Shown: one piece after another, positions 35,851 to 47,888 of the stretch
How positions within the stretch are numbered: position 1 is the first letter of the stretch
How the letters are laid out: each line of letters opens with the position of its first letter
Origin: Cyanophora paradoxa CCMP329
Taxonomy: Eukaryota; Plantae; Glaucophyta
Direction of reading: 5' to 3'
NCBI GenBank assembly: GCA_004431415.1
Contig: QPMI01000005.1
Coordinates: 558,001-622,000, forward strand
DNA: 64,000 nt
Position numbers and translations under genes: made by a program
Notes under the pieces: model-generated
Seen by the model: only the letters and a program-made list of their open reading frames with translations
The model's database searches: none
What the model was told of the DNA's origin: nothing

Positions 35851-37235
35851 CACCGCCGCCGCCTCCGCTCGCCGCCCGCGGGGCGCCTGGCGCGGCTGGA
35901 AGCCCTGGGTGCGGGCCGAGCTCTATGGCGCCCTGCACCTCCTCCTCGGCCGCGCCGCCGACTCCTGGTGCGCCACTTCGCGCCGCCCGCCCGCGCGCCC
36001 CACCTGAGCGGCGTGGCGCACCTGCAGGCTGGAGGACCAGGACCGGGCCGCGCTGGCGGAGCAGCTGAGCCGGCAGCTCGCCTCGTTCGCCTCGCAGCAC
36101 GCGCGGGCCTCGGCGGCGGCCGCCTCCGCCGTCTCGCCGGGGGACGGCGGCGGGGCGGACGAGGGCGCCGAGTAGCCCGGGGCGGAGCGCGAGTGCCTCT
36201 TCGTGGCGCATCAGGCGGCCGCGCTGCGCGTGCGGCTCGTCCACGGGCTCCTCCCCACGCTCCGCGACCAGCGGCCCGCCTCGGGCTCCAGCGCCTTCGG
36301 CGGCGGCGCCGTGTCCCCCTTCGACTCGCTGGCGGCGTGCCTGCTGCGGCTCCTCGCCTGCCCGCCCATCCACGCCGACCCCGCCCCGCCGCCCTGCCCC
36401 AGCTCCTCCGGCGCACAGGGGGCCCAGGCGTCGCCGTACCCCCTGTCGGGCCCCTGCACGGAGGCCCTGGACCTGCTGCACGCGATGGTGTGTACCCCGG
36501 CGGCGGCCTCGCAGGCGCAGCGCGACGCGGAGGCGCGCCTCGCCGACGTGCTCCAGGTGCGGGATCTTCTTTTCCCTACCCTCACTGGGATCCGCTCACC
36601 TCTCCGCGGCAGGGCGTGTTCCTGAAGATGCAGTACCCCCCGGGCCTGCGCGACCGGAGCGTGCACGTGATCGCGTTCATACCTCCGCCGTCGGTCTTTG
36701 GGCGCGCAGGGCCGCAGGCGGCCGCGGCCACAGCGGCGGCGGCGGCCGCGGGGGCCGCCGCGGGTCCCTCGTCTGCGCGCGGGGCCGGCCCCGCCGGCTC
36801 GCCGCCGGTCACGCCGGGCGGCGGCAACGCGGCGGCGGCGGCGGTGGCGGCGGCGCGTGCGCAGGCGGCCGCCGCCGCGCACCAGGCGGACTCGCCTGCC
36901 TCGCCGTCCTCGGGCGCGGCGCCGAAGACGCCGGGCGGGGGCGCCGCCGGCGGCGTGGCGCGCACCGCGTCGCCCCTTGTGACCGGCGCGCCGCGCGGGG
37001 GCACCTCGAGCGGGCCGACGACGCCGATGGGGGCGGCGGGGGCGGCGGGCGGCAAGGCCTGGGGGCTGGGGCCCCTCATCGACCCCTGGACGGTGCTGGA
37101 GGACTACCCCGAACGCAATACGGCACATCTCGATCGCCCAGCTGGGCCGCGGGCGCTATCCGTACGCGTCATCCGCCGTCGGCGCCGTCAGCTAGCACGG
37201 GCAGCCGGCCTTCGAAGACTTGCCTTTGCTCTTTC
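35851..37235 (+). pseudogene. Inverted duplicate of the MED12 3' ~1.4 kb
   Basis: High identity to the reverse complement of ~19740-21130, introns retained. In-frame TAG at 36173-36175 where the parent has GAG. No 5' part. Confidence 0.85.
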
Positions 37236-37391
37236 ACCCCTTCTGCCTACTTTAATTTCCCTCATCGGCACCATGAACGTGGCAACACAGCAGGATGGGC
37301 TTGTCACAGAGTGGTGATCACTAACTGCCGCCTGCATGCTGCCTGACCGTCGGTCATGCTACCACAGACATTGGATTAGAGATGAAAAGAA

Positions 37392-39254
37392 TCAGATTTC
37401 TAAAAAATCATTCACAAACAGTTCCGTGATTCGGTGCCGCACTAGCTTGGAATTTCTAAACCAAGTCTTGAGAATCTGCCCAGCACCAAATACCGAGGAT
37501 GGCACCAAGACATACAAGCTAACAGAGAGCCCCGGATGGCTCTCTGGTGAAAGGGCGAGCAGCTCGCGGAACGGGATGAGCTCGGATGCCGCGTCGTTAC
37601 CGGAAGGCAGCCAACAGGAGAGAGAAAGCGTGCGGAGCCGCGGGCCGCAGGAAACTACTGCTGGAAAAACCTCTGCAGGGAAAGTACCCTCTAGCTTGAA
37701 ACGGACTACAGGGGCTACGCCAAGGGAGGCCCGGAAAAGCTCGCAAAGGGCGGCGGGATCAGGCCCGAGGGCGTACTGCGCGGAAAGGACGGAGATACTG
37801 TAGGCCTGCAGCCCCGCCCCGCCCCGGCTGCCGAGCAGCGCCGCGCCGGCGCGCAGGAGCCCCGCGCCGCCGTCCGCCGCCTCAGAGCGGTGCAAGGTGA
37901 GGTTGAGCGCCTTCAGCCGCTCCAGGCGGCCGAGGGCGGGCAGGAGGGCGGCGCAGTCCGGCCCGACCTGTGAGGGGAATCAGGTGAGCCGGAAGTATGG
38001 CCGAGGAAAGAAGGAGGGTACGGACCTTGATGGAGATCTCTTCGAGAGAGGGGAAGAGCAGCACGGAGGCGAGGCACTGGGCGTTGAGAGGACCATAAGC
38101 GCAGAGTTTGAGCTCGCGCAGCTTCGCGCCTGACGGGCCGGCCGCGATTGCGGCGAGCGCGCTCGCGGCGTGATCATCGAGGAACGAGAAGGAGACATTG
38201 AGCTCCTCCAGGTACGCGCAGCCCGCGATCTCCCGCAGCGCCTCGCCGCCATTGACCCCAATGCTCAGCGAGCGCAGCTTGGGGAACGCCGCAACCAGGC
38301 GGGCCTGCGGGGCGACGGATAGTAAGAGCGGGACTGGTCGTAAGAGGATGAGGAAACTCACGGCGTGATCCTTCGACAACGATGCGTTTGTGCAGTCGAA
38401 TTCCAGGAGTGATAGCACATGTGCTGGGCGCAACGTAAGCAAACGCCAGGATCTCCGGAGCAAAGCAAAGAGGAGCGAACCTGGTTTCGCAACAGAAGCG
38501 AGCGCATACAAAAAGGACGAGGACGACACTTTCATTGACTTGAGTTGTGCTGGCGAAAGGGCCGCCATGCACGAAGCCGCCATTTGCTTCAAGGACACGG
38601 GAACGAGATCCAGCTCGCTCTGCCTGTCGGTGGAAGGCCACCAATACCAATCAGCTCCAAATTCGATCGACTCAAGCGGAACCGCAACAGTTGCGGCAAC
38701 AGCGAGCAAGCCTGCGCGGACGCGTACGGGTGAGAATGGTGAGAAGACGGTGAGCTCAAGCAAGCCGCACCAATGATGCAATTCAAAATGCGTTTTGCGT
38801 GCTTAATCATCTCCGCGTGGAAATCGTCGTCTTCAATGTCTTCGTCGTCGTTCAAAGAAGGCAGCACTCGAAAGATGTTCAAATGCTTCACGCCGAGCAT
38901 CCGGCCAGCCCCGAGGCGCTCTGCAAAGCGCTGCAGCTGCTTCTGAAAGCATTTCGCCTGGAACTCGAAGCCCTCGTCGTCGCCTGGAACTGCATCGGCG
39001 TTTACTTTAAGGCTCTTCCAGAGCACGCCAGGCAGCAGCTGTCGGAACCGCCGATCCACGGCCCACAGCTTCGAATCCTCGTGCGCCTCCACAGCATCGA
39101 GATTGCTGAGGATCTGCTGCACCAGCGCGTCCGGCAGGCGCGCGAAAGGATTCAAATTCTGCTGCCCGCTGGCCGCCTCCGATGCATATGGGCCGGCCGC
39201 ACTGCTCGGGGGCTCCTCCTTCCGGCTGCGCTTCGCTGCTCGCTCCCGCGCCAT
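37392..39254 (-). CDS. F-box/LRR-like protein, copy 4
   Basis: MARERAAKRSRKEEPP...NPFARLPDALVQQILSNLD; same exon pattern; ends ...TWFRNSKLVRHRITELFVNDFLEI*. Confidence 0.8.
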
Positions 39255-39954
39255 CTCTGGGCCTTCTGGGCTGGAGCCTGGAAGCTGTTGCGGCGGAGCG
39301 GGCTGGCGGGAAGCGGCCAGCTGCAGGCGGTGCAGCGCTGCTGGCGTCCGTGGCAGAGCTGGACGATCTGGATCCACTAGCGTTCAGTTGCGAATGCCCA
39401 GATCTCGGACAAACGCGTGCACGCTCCTACCCGTCTAAAACTTTCGCCCCCAGACATGCAAAGCGGCAGCGCTGGTCTGATGCAGCGCGGCGCGGCGCGC
39501 ATCGTCGGACAGCGGAATTTGAGAAGTAGCGTGCCGGTCGCGGGGCTTGTGCAGCAGGGCGAGTGCGCGCCCCCATTCCGCGTCCCGGCGCCCGCAACCC
39601 AATTGCAAGCATCGCGCATCCTGCAGACACGGCCAAGTAGTAGCCAAGTAGACGCAGCAAACACGCGCATCTAGGGGATGTTGAACCGCGAGATCTGTTC
39701 AGGTTCGCGCTGCCCTCCGCCGCGCGAGAGAGTGGCGCTCGCTGAGAAAGGGCGGCGCGGAGTCTATGCATATGCAGCGGGCGGAACGAAAGGCGGGGCT
39801 GCCAGCAGCGCGAAGAGGCAGCTCCTCGCGCCGGCGGCGCGCTGGCGCGGGGCTGCCGGGTGTCGTCGGCACGACGGGCCCTCGGCTCCCCGCTAGGGGC
39901 GGCGCGGCCCGGCCCGCTCCGCGCGGCCCGGCCCGGCACAGGCAAGGCGACGGC

Positions 39955-40545
39955 CGCCGCCGCCGCGCGTCGCGCGCGGGTGTCCTGACGCGGCTGGAAG
40001 CCCTGGGTGCGGGCCGAGCTCTGCGGCGCGTTGCACCTCCTCCTCGGCCGCGCCACCGTCTCCTCGTGCGCCCTTGCGTTCCGCCCGCGGCGCGGCGCAG
40101 GCTGGAGGACCGGGACCGGGCCGCGCTGGCGGAGCAGCTGAGCCGGCAGCTCGCCTCGTTCGCCTCGCAGCACGCGCGGGCCTCGGCGGCGGCCGCCTCC
40201 GCCGTCTCGCCGGGGTACGACGCCGGGGCGGACGAGGGCGCCGAGGAGCCCGGGGTGGAGCGCGAGCGCCTCTTCGTGGCGCAGCAGGCGGCCGCGCTGC
40301 GCGTGCGGCTTGTCCACGGGCTCCTCCCCACGCTCCACGACCAGCGGCCCGCCCCGCGGCGGCGCCGGCGGCTGCGCCGTGTCCCCCTTCGACTCGCTGG
40401 CGGCGTGCCTGCTGCGGCTCCTCGCCTGCCCGCCCATCCACGCCGACCCCGCCCCACCCCCCTGCCCCAGCGGCCGGAGGCCCAGGCGTCGCGGTACCCC
40501 CTGTCGGGCCCCTGCACGGAGGCTCTGGACGTCGACCTGCTGCAA
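39955..40545 (+). pseudogene. Third MED12 fragment (internal exons, degenerate)
   Basis: LEDRDRAALAEQLSRQLASFASQHARA...ALRVRLVHGLLPTL matches MED12 20510-21100, with deletions and frameshifts. Confidence 0.8.
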
Positions 40546-40571
40546 GTGCAGGTGTAATCGACAGTTGATAT

Positions 40572-40647
<76 letters not shown>
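40572..40647. repeat. (GATA)19 microsatellite
   Basis: Uninterrupted GATA run of 76 bp. Confidence 0.95.
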
Positions 40648-40701
40648 TGTAATCTGTACAGATCTATGTACCTGTCTGAGCTGATGCTCGATTGTTCGTC
40701 G

Positions 40702-43471
40702 CTACTGGCGAGGGGCCGCCCTCTGGAACCTGAGCGGCGCAAGGCAGGCAAAGAAGGCGCCCATGTTGGCCACGGCGCCCGCTTTCTCCGCCACCGGTCG
40801 CGGTGGGGGCGGGGCCAGGGGCGGGGGAAGCGCGAGGGACCCCTTTCGCTCCCGCGGGACGAGGGCGGGGGAGGCCCCGGGGGTACCGGTCGCCCGGTCC
40901 GAGGCGGGCAGGACAGGGGCGAGGCGGCCGAGGACTGCGGCGAAAGAGGGTCGCTCCGAGGGTCGCTCCGCCCAGCAGTCCTGCATGAAAGTGAGATTCG
41001 ATCCGAGGGAAAGTAAGTCGGCGGCCTACCGAAATCAAGGAAGCGACCTCCGGGGGACAAAGCTGCGAAAGGGGCTCACGATCAGAGGGGTACAACTTGG
41101 ATCCGGAGCGAGAGGGGTACGCGGACGTTGGGGTCAATGGCGGGGCGCGCGCCCCGGTCGGCCACGTGCGCCGCGGCCACCACGGGCAAGAGCGACGCGA
41201 ACGGAACCTGAAGGGGTACGTGAGCAAAAACGCGAAGCGACGGGGGTACGCGGTCGCATACCTCGCGGTGGAAAAGCTCCCACAGCAAAATGCCGAAGCT
41301 GTACACATCGACCTGGGGGTACAGTTTAGAGCCGGCCCGAGCTTCGGAGCCCTGTACCCCCGCCCAACTCGCCTTTTCGTCGTACCGCTCGCGCCTCAGG
41401 ACCTCCGGCGCTGTCCAGCGATACGTGCCTGAGAGGCGAGGTCGATAAGAGCCCCGCGCGGATTCGAACCGGAGGGTTCCTGGAGCCGCGCACCGGCCTC
41501 TCCGAAGAGGTAACCTGACTCGTCTTTCATCGCAGAGAGGCCGAGATCCACGACCCGGGCCCGCCCGGAGCCGTCCAGCTGGGGGAACGGGATCAGAGGG
41601 ATTGCCGGAGTACGAAGGTACAAAGGTGGAGGGGTTCAAGGTGCTCGCCATCACGTTCGAGGGCTTCTGCGGAGGGGGTGAGGGGGTACAGGATCCTGAA
41701 GGGGGTACAAGGCCGCACGAGGTCGCGGTGGACGACGCCGGACGCGTGGAGGTACGCCATTCCCTTCGGGGGGACGGCATTCGTCGGCGGGAGCGGGAGG
41801 GGGGGGTACAGAAAGACAGTGCAAGGGGGTACCGACGCGATCTCCTGCGCGATGCGGACGGCCTCCCCGTGGGGTACGGGCGGCGCGCCGGGGCCGTGGA
41901 TGCGGTCGTGGAGCGTACCCCCGCTGCGGCAGACTCGGAAGGGGAAAAGCGGGGGGGGGAGGCGGGAGGGGGGTACGGCAAGAACTCGCAGACGATCCAG
42001 AGGGCCCGGTTCGAGGCGCAGGCGCCGAGAAACTGGGAAGCGGTAACGAAGAGAGGGTTCAGAAGTCGAAACACGGGAAGCAAAGGGGCTTAAGAAACTC
42101 TCGATCGCGAACACGCCCACCTGGACGATGTTGGGGTGCCGGATGTTGCTGCGCCGCCCCCCTTCGGGTCAGGGCGGAAGCTTACATTGAAGGCAGGGCC
42201 CGGAAGTCCGAAGCTGAGCTAACACCTGAGCCACTAGGCTAGGGCGGAAGCTAATAGAGGAGCTCGAGGGGCCCACCTCAGGGTCTCGACCAAGCTATCA
42301 GTCAACTAAGCGGTTAAGCTAAGCTTCTTCTTACAGGGTGGAAGCGAAAAGTCAGCAAAGGTGCCTCTTCTAGGGCGGAAGCTAGCAGTTGAAGAAGGGG
42401 TCCGGAGGAGCGCGGGGGGCGCACCTCAGGGTCTCGACCTCGGCGGCGAACTTTAGAAAGCCAAACTAACTTTAGAAAGAGTTAAGCTGAAGGCAGCTAA
42501 GCTAAGCTTCTTCTAAGCTTCTTCTCTCTAGGGCGGAAGCTTATAGAGAAGCTTGCCAAGTCGGAGGGCCCACCTCAGGGTCTCGACCTGAGGGACCTAG
42601 AGAAGCTCGGGGGGCCCACCTCTAGGGCGGAAGCTGTTAGAGGAGCGCGAGGAGCCCACCTCAGGGGCGCGAGGGCCCACCTCAGGGCCCACCCCTCTCT
42701 ATGGGCGGAAGCTGTTAGAGGAGCGCGGGGGGCGCACCTCAGGGTCTCGACTTCGGCGACGAACTCCTCCCACAGGCGCCCGTCCAGCGTCCCTGCGAGA
42801 ACGCCTCAGGTCTGGGGCGGGGCGCGGAACCGGGACCGCGGCACGTGTGCTTCCTCTTCTAGGGCGAAAAGCTATAGCTAAGCTTCTCGCAGTTAGCTTC
42901 TTCTAGGAAGTTAATTAAAGCTTCTTCTTCTTTTTCTTCTCTCGGGGCGCGCGCGCGCACCCGGCGCGTAGCGGAACTGCTTCACGGCGACGCTGCGGCG
43001 CGGGGCGCGCGCGCGCGCGACAGGTGAGAAAGCCCCGCAGGAACTCAGGAACTAGAGCGAAGGAGAGGGCGGGAAAGAGCGCACCGGGTACCGTGCCAGG
43101 ATCCCTCGTAGAGCTCCCCGGAGGCCCCGTCCGCCACCTGCGGGCCGCGGGCCGGGGTACGAGATCAGGCCGCCGATTCGAAACCGGAGGGGGGTCCGTC
43201 CGCTGGTACGGCGCGCCTTCTCGACGAGGGCGCACTCCTTGAACCAGTCGCGCCACCACGCCGGCCGCTTGCGGCCTGCGGCGAAAGTTACTAACCGAAG
43301 GGAAAGGACGGAGAGGATCTGAGGGTGTACCCTGGAAGAAAGAATCCATCCAATCGGAGCGGCCGTGGCGCGAGCCGCCGGGCTGTACCCCCGCGTTCGA
43401 GCCCCCCTCGGCCTCCGCGGCGGCCCGCGAGGCCTCCTGCGATGGCTTCAGGGAAAGGGAAGGGGGCAGAA

Positions 43472-43512
<41 letters not shown>

Positions 43513-45635
43513 GGGAGGGGGGGAGGGGTACAGAGAGCCGACCGTGAGGGAGGCGCAGAGAGCGTCGCGGATGGCCTCTGGAGCGTCGTGTACCCCCCCA
43601 TCGGGCGCGTCCTCCCCCGTCTCCGAATGCGGGAGGGCCTGAGAGAGAAGCACGGTCTGTACGGCAGGCGTCATGATCAGGGGTACGAAGATAGAAGGGA
43701 CGCGGGGAGTACGAGTGCACGTGCCTGGAGGGTCGCTCCCGTGTCGGCGGATTGGTAGGCGACGGCGTCTGCGGAGGGGGTACGGGTGTGAACGGTTGAT
43801 CGGTGGAGCGGGGGGAGGGGGTACGCGCCCAAGACTTCGAGGTGCCGAGCTGCGAGGGCGGCAGCGAGGGCCTGCGCGGGGGTCAGTCGGCGCCCGCCTG
43901 CGTGAGGAGAAGGGGGGGAGGAAGTGGGAGGGGAGGAAGGAGGGGGGCAGGGGGGGCGGCGGGAGGTGCTCGCCTTCATCTCGCGGCCTGTACCCGGGTC
44001 GCGAATCGCCGCCACGAGCTGCCCGCACCCATCAGGCCACCAGGGGTACGTGGGTTCTCGGGCCGGGGGTACAGCGAACCTTGAGGGCCTTGGACTTGGA
44101 GCCCCGGGGTGCAGGGCCAGGCGAGCCGTTGGGGACTGGCGAGCTGCGGTGTGAGCCGCCGGCGCCGCTCTTCTCCCCGTCTTTTCCGTGCAAGTGTCTG
44201 TGAGAGAGTGCCAAGGCCCGGCGGGAGACGTGGGCGTGCGGCTCGGGCCTGCGGGGTACGTGAGCGGATCCATGGGTGCGTTGGGACGAGGACCGCACGG
44301 CGCGCGGCCATCGGTGGGGAGCCGAAGTCGGGGTACAGACCCCTCGGGGACGGGTATGATCTCCAGCGACTGCGGGACCTGCCGGGGATCGCCTTCGAAG
44401 AGGCGCGAGGAACAGCGGCGCGTGACTCACGAGGGAGGACCTGCGCTCCGCGGAGGGGTACAAGGGTCCCAGGGCCGTGTCCAGCGCCGTCATGTGTGAG
44501 GGGACGTCCTGGAGGGGGGTTCGGCGTTTTGAAGGGGAATCTCAGGTTTGGGAGGGGTACAAGGACCTTCGGATCGACCTCGAGGGCGTAGGCGGTTGGG
44601 AGGCGCATGAAGTGGGCCCGCACGCGGTCCAGGATGGCGTGAGCCCTAGGGGTACAGCGTCAAGATCTAGAGCTTCCTCGGCGCGGAGGATGGGTACAGA
44701 GAATGAATCACCGATCGGGCGGCCCGCCACCTCCGGGCCCCGCGATCAACTGCGCCACTTTCTGCGCCTTCCGCTCTGCGCTTGCGTGGGTCAGGGGGTA
44801 CAGGCTCGTGGAGTCGGGGGTACGGGCGCGCCGGTGAGGTCGAGGGGGCTCTTGACGACGCTCACGGGGGCCGTCGCCACCGAAGTCACGATCTGATGGG
44901 GTACGCCGCTCAGAACGGGACGGGGGGGTACAGACTCATCCGACCGCTCGCCTCGCTCTCCAGGGCGCAGGCTTCGCAGGCCCCAATATGCGTCTGCGCC
45001 GGACGTCGACAGTCAAGCCCGGCGGAGCGCGCCGGAAGCGGCGAGGCGCACCGGACAGCAGTCGTTGTGGGACTTGAGGCTCGAGCGCCGCCCGCCGGCG
45101 CCCTCGAGCTCGGCTTGGAGCCGCAGCACCTCTTTCTTCATCGCCTGGTACCGGAGGAAGAGCTCGTACTCGCGCGCGTTCGATTGCACGATGAACTTGG
45201 AGATGTCCTGTTCAAAGGCATCAGATTTGATCTGTTCAGAGGGCGCGGGGCGCCGGGCCGGGACCGCACGCTGTTGACGAGGGACCGCCCCTCGTTGAGC
45301 CGCTGGATCGTGTCACGCCACATGATTTTTGCGCGCGAGTCCTGCGGCCGGCCCGCGTCAGGCTCGAACTTCTTTGGCTTCAAACGTCGCTCTCGGAGAC
45401 TAGGAGGACCGAAGACGCCGGCGGGCATACGCATGCGCACCGTGCCGGCTGCGCCCCGGCGCCGCCGGCCGGCCGCCGTCTGCAGAGCGACCTGCTTGAT
45501 GGCGAGCCGCCACAGACTGCGCGGCGAGCGGCGCTGCCCGACACTGCTGTCGTCGTTGGAGCTCGAAGTCGACCGCGCCGGCGAGGAGGACCGGCTCTCG
45601 CTGTCTCTCCTTCCGAAAATCGCGTCCGGTTCCAT
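40702..45635 (-). CDS. Tyrosine-kinase-like (Raf-like, STY-type) protein kinase, multi-exon
   Basis: VADGASGELYEGSW, AVK, EFVAEVETL, IRHPNIVQ/FLGAC, GMAYLH..VVHRDL/KPSN, VVDLGLS, GTYRWTAPEVL, DVYSFGILLWEL, CWAERPSERPSF. The N-terminal HFMRLPTAYALEV resembles plant STY kinases. Start uncertain. Confidence 0.85.
42165..42880. repeat. Compound intronic minisatellite in the kinase gene
   Basis: About 7 copies of (ct)agggcggaagct interleaved with 4 full and 2 partial copies of cacctcagggtctcgac, which is the 3' end and donor of a kinase exon. Confidence 0.75.
43472..43511. repeat. G40 homopolymer in a kinase intron
   Basis: Direct reading; similar poly-C/G tracts occur in many introns. Confidence 0.9.
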
Positions 45636-47332
45636 GGCCACCACGTGCACGGAGCTCTCGTCTTGCACTGCAATCCGACCACCGGCGCGCGGCCGCTGCC
45701 AACGCCCGGCGCTGGCTGAATCCGCGGCCGGAGAGTCCGAGCGCTCCGGCATAGATCTGCTCTCGCGGCCTCCGGTCGCTGCAGTTGATCAGAAGTGGAT
45801 CGCAAAATGCTCGACACGCGAGGATGCACGTACGCAAGGGGCTGGCCCGCCTCCATCCTCACGATCAGGCTCCAGCGCAACAGGATCATGAGGCATCAGC
45901 GCAACATCGCCTGAGAGGCTCAGCTGAGGCTCTGTGGCGGATTCTACCGAAGTACTGGGAAGCTCGAAGAGGTGCCCTTTCGCTTCTGTCGGCAACTTGG
46001 GAGGGCCCTGCAGGCTGCTGGGTCGCGATGCGCGGAATCACAGACGGACAGAGCCGCAGATGCCGCAATGTCGTCTGGACTGGTTGCAGACCGCGAGCGC
46101 CGCGCGCCGCGCCCGCACTAGGCTGAGCCGAAACAGCCTTCCCGCGGGGATCGAACCCGGGTCGAGTAGAACGGCTGCTGTGGAGCCGCAAGAAATCCGC
46201 GGCCCGGTAGCGACCTGCAATAGCGATAAGCTCGCGCAATCGCAACGTGCAACCTTTTATCTGCCGCAATCGCCGCAACTCCGCAACTGCCGCGCGTCCC
46301 ACGGTCGGCCTCGTGCAGGACCGCACACGTCCTCGTCGGATCTAGAGGAAGACTCAGGTGCGTGCACTGCGGCATGGCTTGGGGCATGCTCCCCCTCCCC
46401 GCCGCGCCTCTGATCCTCGCGCTGCCGCGCGCAGCGGCCGGCGTTTCTACCACCGAGCCGCCGGCTTGAGCTCATCCCGTTCGAGATCTAGAGGCGCTCG
46501 CGTGGTTGAGCGATGCGTCTGCTGCTCCGTCGCACTGCGGGCTCCTCGCGCGGCGCCAGCTGGCGTGTGCGGGCAGGCATGCTGACGAGTGCAGCCGGTA
46601 GCGTGAGCGGGGTCCCGCGTCGGTGCGCCCACCCGGAGCTGGGCGGCACGGCGGCTTTGGATCCAGACCACCGGCTGACCACGCGCCCGCCCCGCCGCCG
46701 CCGCAGGCTTCTTCGCCCCCGGCGTGGCCCGGGCGCGGCGGCTGGAGAAGGCGGGGTGCAGCCGGCGACGGCGGTGGCTGGCGACAAGCGGCCGGCGGCG
46801 TAGTGCAGCGATGGAACCACGCACGGCTTGCCAGCGTAGAGCAAACGGTCAGGACGGCCGGATACAGCCGATGACAAGCTTGCGGAGGACGACCGGGGCT
46901 CGCTGGCGCGCCGTGCCCGCCGCCCCCTGGGGACCGGTGCCGCCCGCCGCCCTCACCGGCAGGGAACTCCGGGGCGCCTCGGCTGAAGAAGGCGGGGAGG
47001 CGGCACGCGGCGCGCGGCGCGCGGCGGGCCGCGCCACTCAGCGGCGGCGGGCAATGCCGCGCGGTGCGTGGCGGGCCCTGCCGCTCAGGCGGCGCAGCGG
47101 CTGCGGCCCTGCGGGTGGCGGCAGCGCGCGGGCTCTCCCGCGCGCCGCGCGCCGCCCGCACCGCCCCCGGCGCCGCCCACCGCCCGCCGCTTCTCAGCAC
47201 CGGGCAGCGGCGGCTGGCAGCGGGCGGTGTGCGCGGCGCGCGGCGGCCCTGCCGGTGCGGCCCTGCCGCCCGCCGGCTGGGGCGGCGTGCAGTGAGCGGC
47301 CGCGGCAGCACAGCGGCGAACGCTGCAATATC

Positions 47333-47808
47333 GCCGCTCGGCCTTGGCCTCCTTCCTCCTCTTCTCCATCCTGCAGGCAAGCCGTACTCTCCCGCCCCCC
47401 CCCCCCCCCCCCCCCCGCACCCCACCCCCACCCCACCCCACCCCCAACCCCACCCCCCCCCCCCCCGCCCCCCCACCTTCCTCCGCCCACTCCCCTCCCC
47501 TCCCCCCCCTCCCCCTCGGCGCCGATGCGGCCTTCCTCCAGGTACCCCCTACCGTCGCCTCCCCCTCCCGCCCCAGCCCCCCCCCCCCCCCCCAGCCCCT
47601 CCCCTCCCCACCTCTCTCGCCCCTCCCCCGCCCGCCCGCCCGCTGGTCCAGAGTCTCACCCGTCGGTCACACCGGGTCGCAGCGGTTCGGCTTTGGTCGA
47701 CTACCACCGGAAGCAGCGCTTCGTGGCCCAGTGGTGGACTACCACCGGAAGCAGTGGCAGCTCGGGAACGTCGCCTACAGGCACGGCCTCTTCTCCCGGC
47801 TCCGAGGC
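47333..47808 (+). pseudogene. Degenerate KAT14 3' fragment
   Basis: ASFLLFSILQA and VDYHRKQWQLGNVAYRHGLFSRLR match 29045-29395; internal duplication of gactaccaccggaagcag. Confidence 0.75.
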
Positions 47809-47888
47809 TTCTGGTGGCCACCCGCTCAGCGGCTCCTCTCTTATATCCCGATCCTGCCAGGCGGCGCCACCGTGTACTTGCTATGGAA

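Noticed and set aside
35824-37317. Functional second MED12 gene
   Set aside because: 3' fragment only, with an in-frame TAG at 36173 and insertions in the last exon.
39699-41060. ORF with IYLS repeats
   Set aside because: It is a translation of the (GATA)n microsatellite joined to out-of-frame pseudogene and kinase sequence.
42165-42880. Interstitial telomeric repeats (TAGGG)
   Set aside because: TAGGG occurs only singly inside a longer unit, never as tandem TTAGGG or TTTAGGG.
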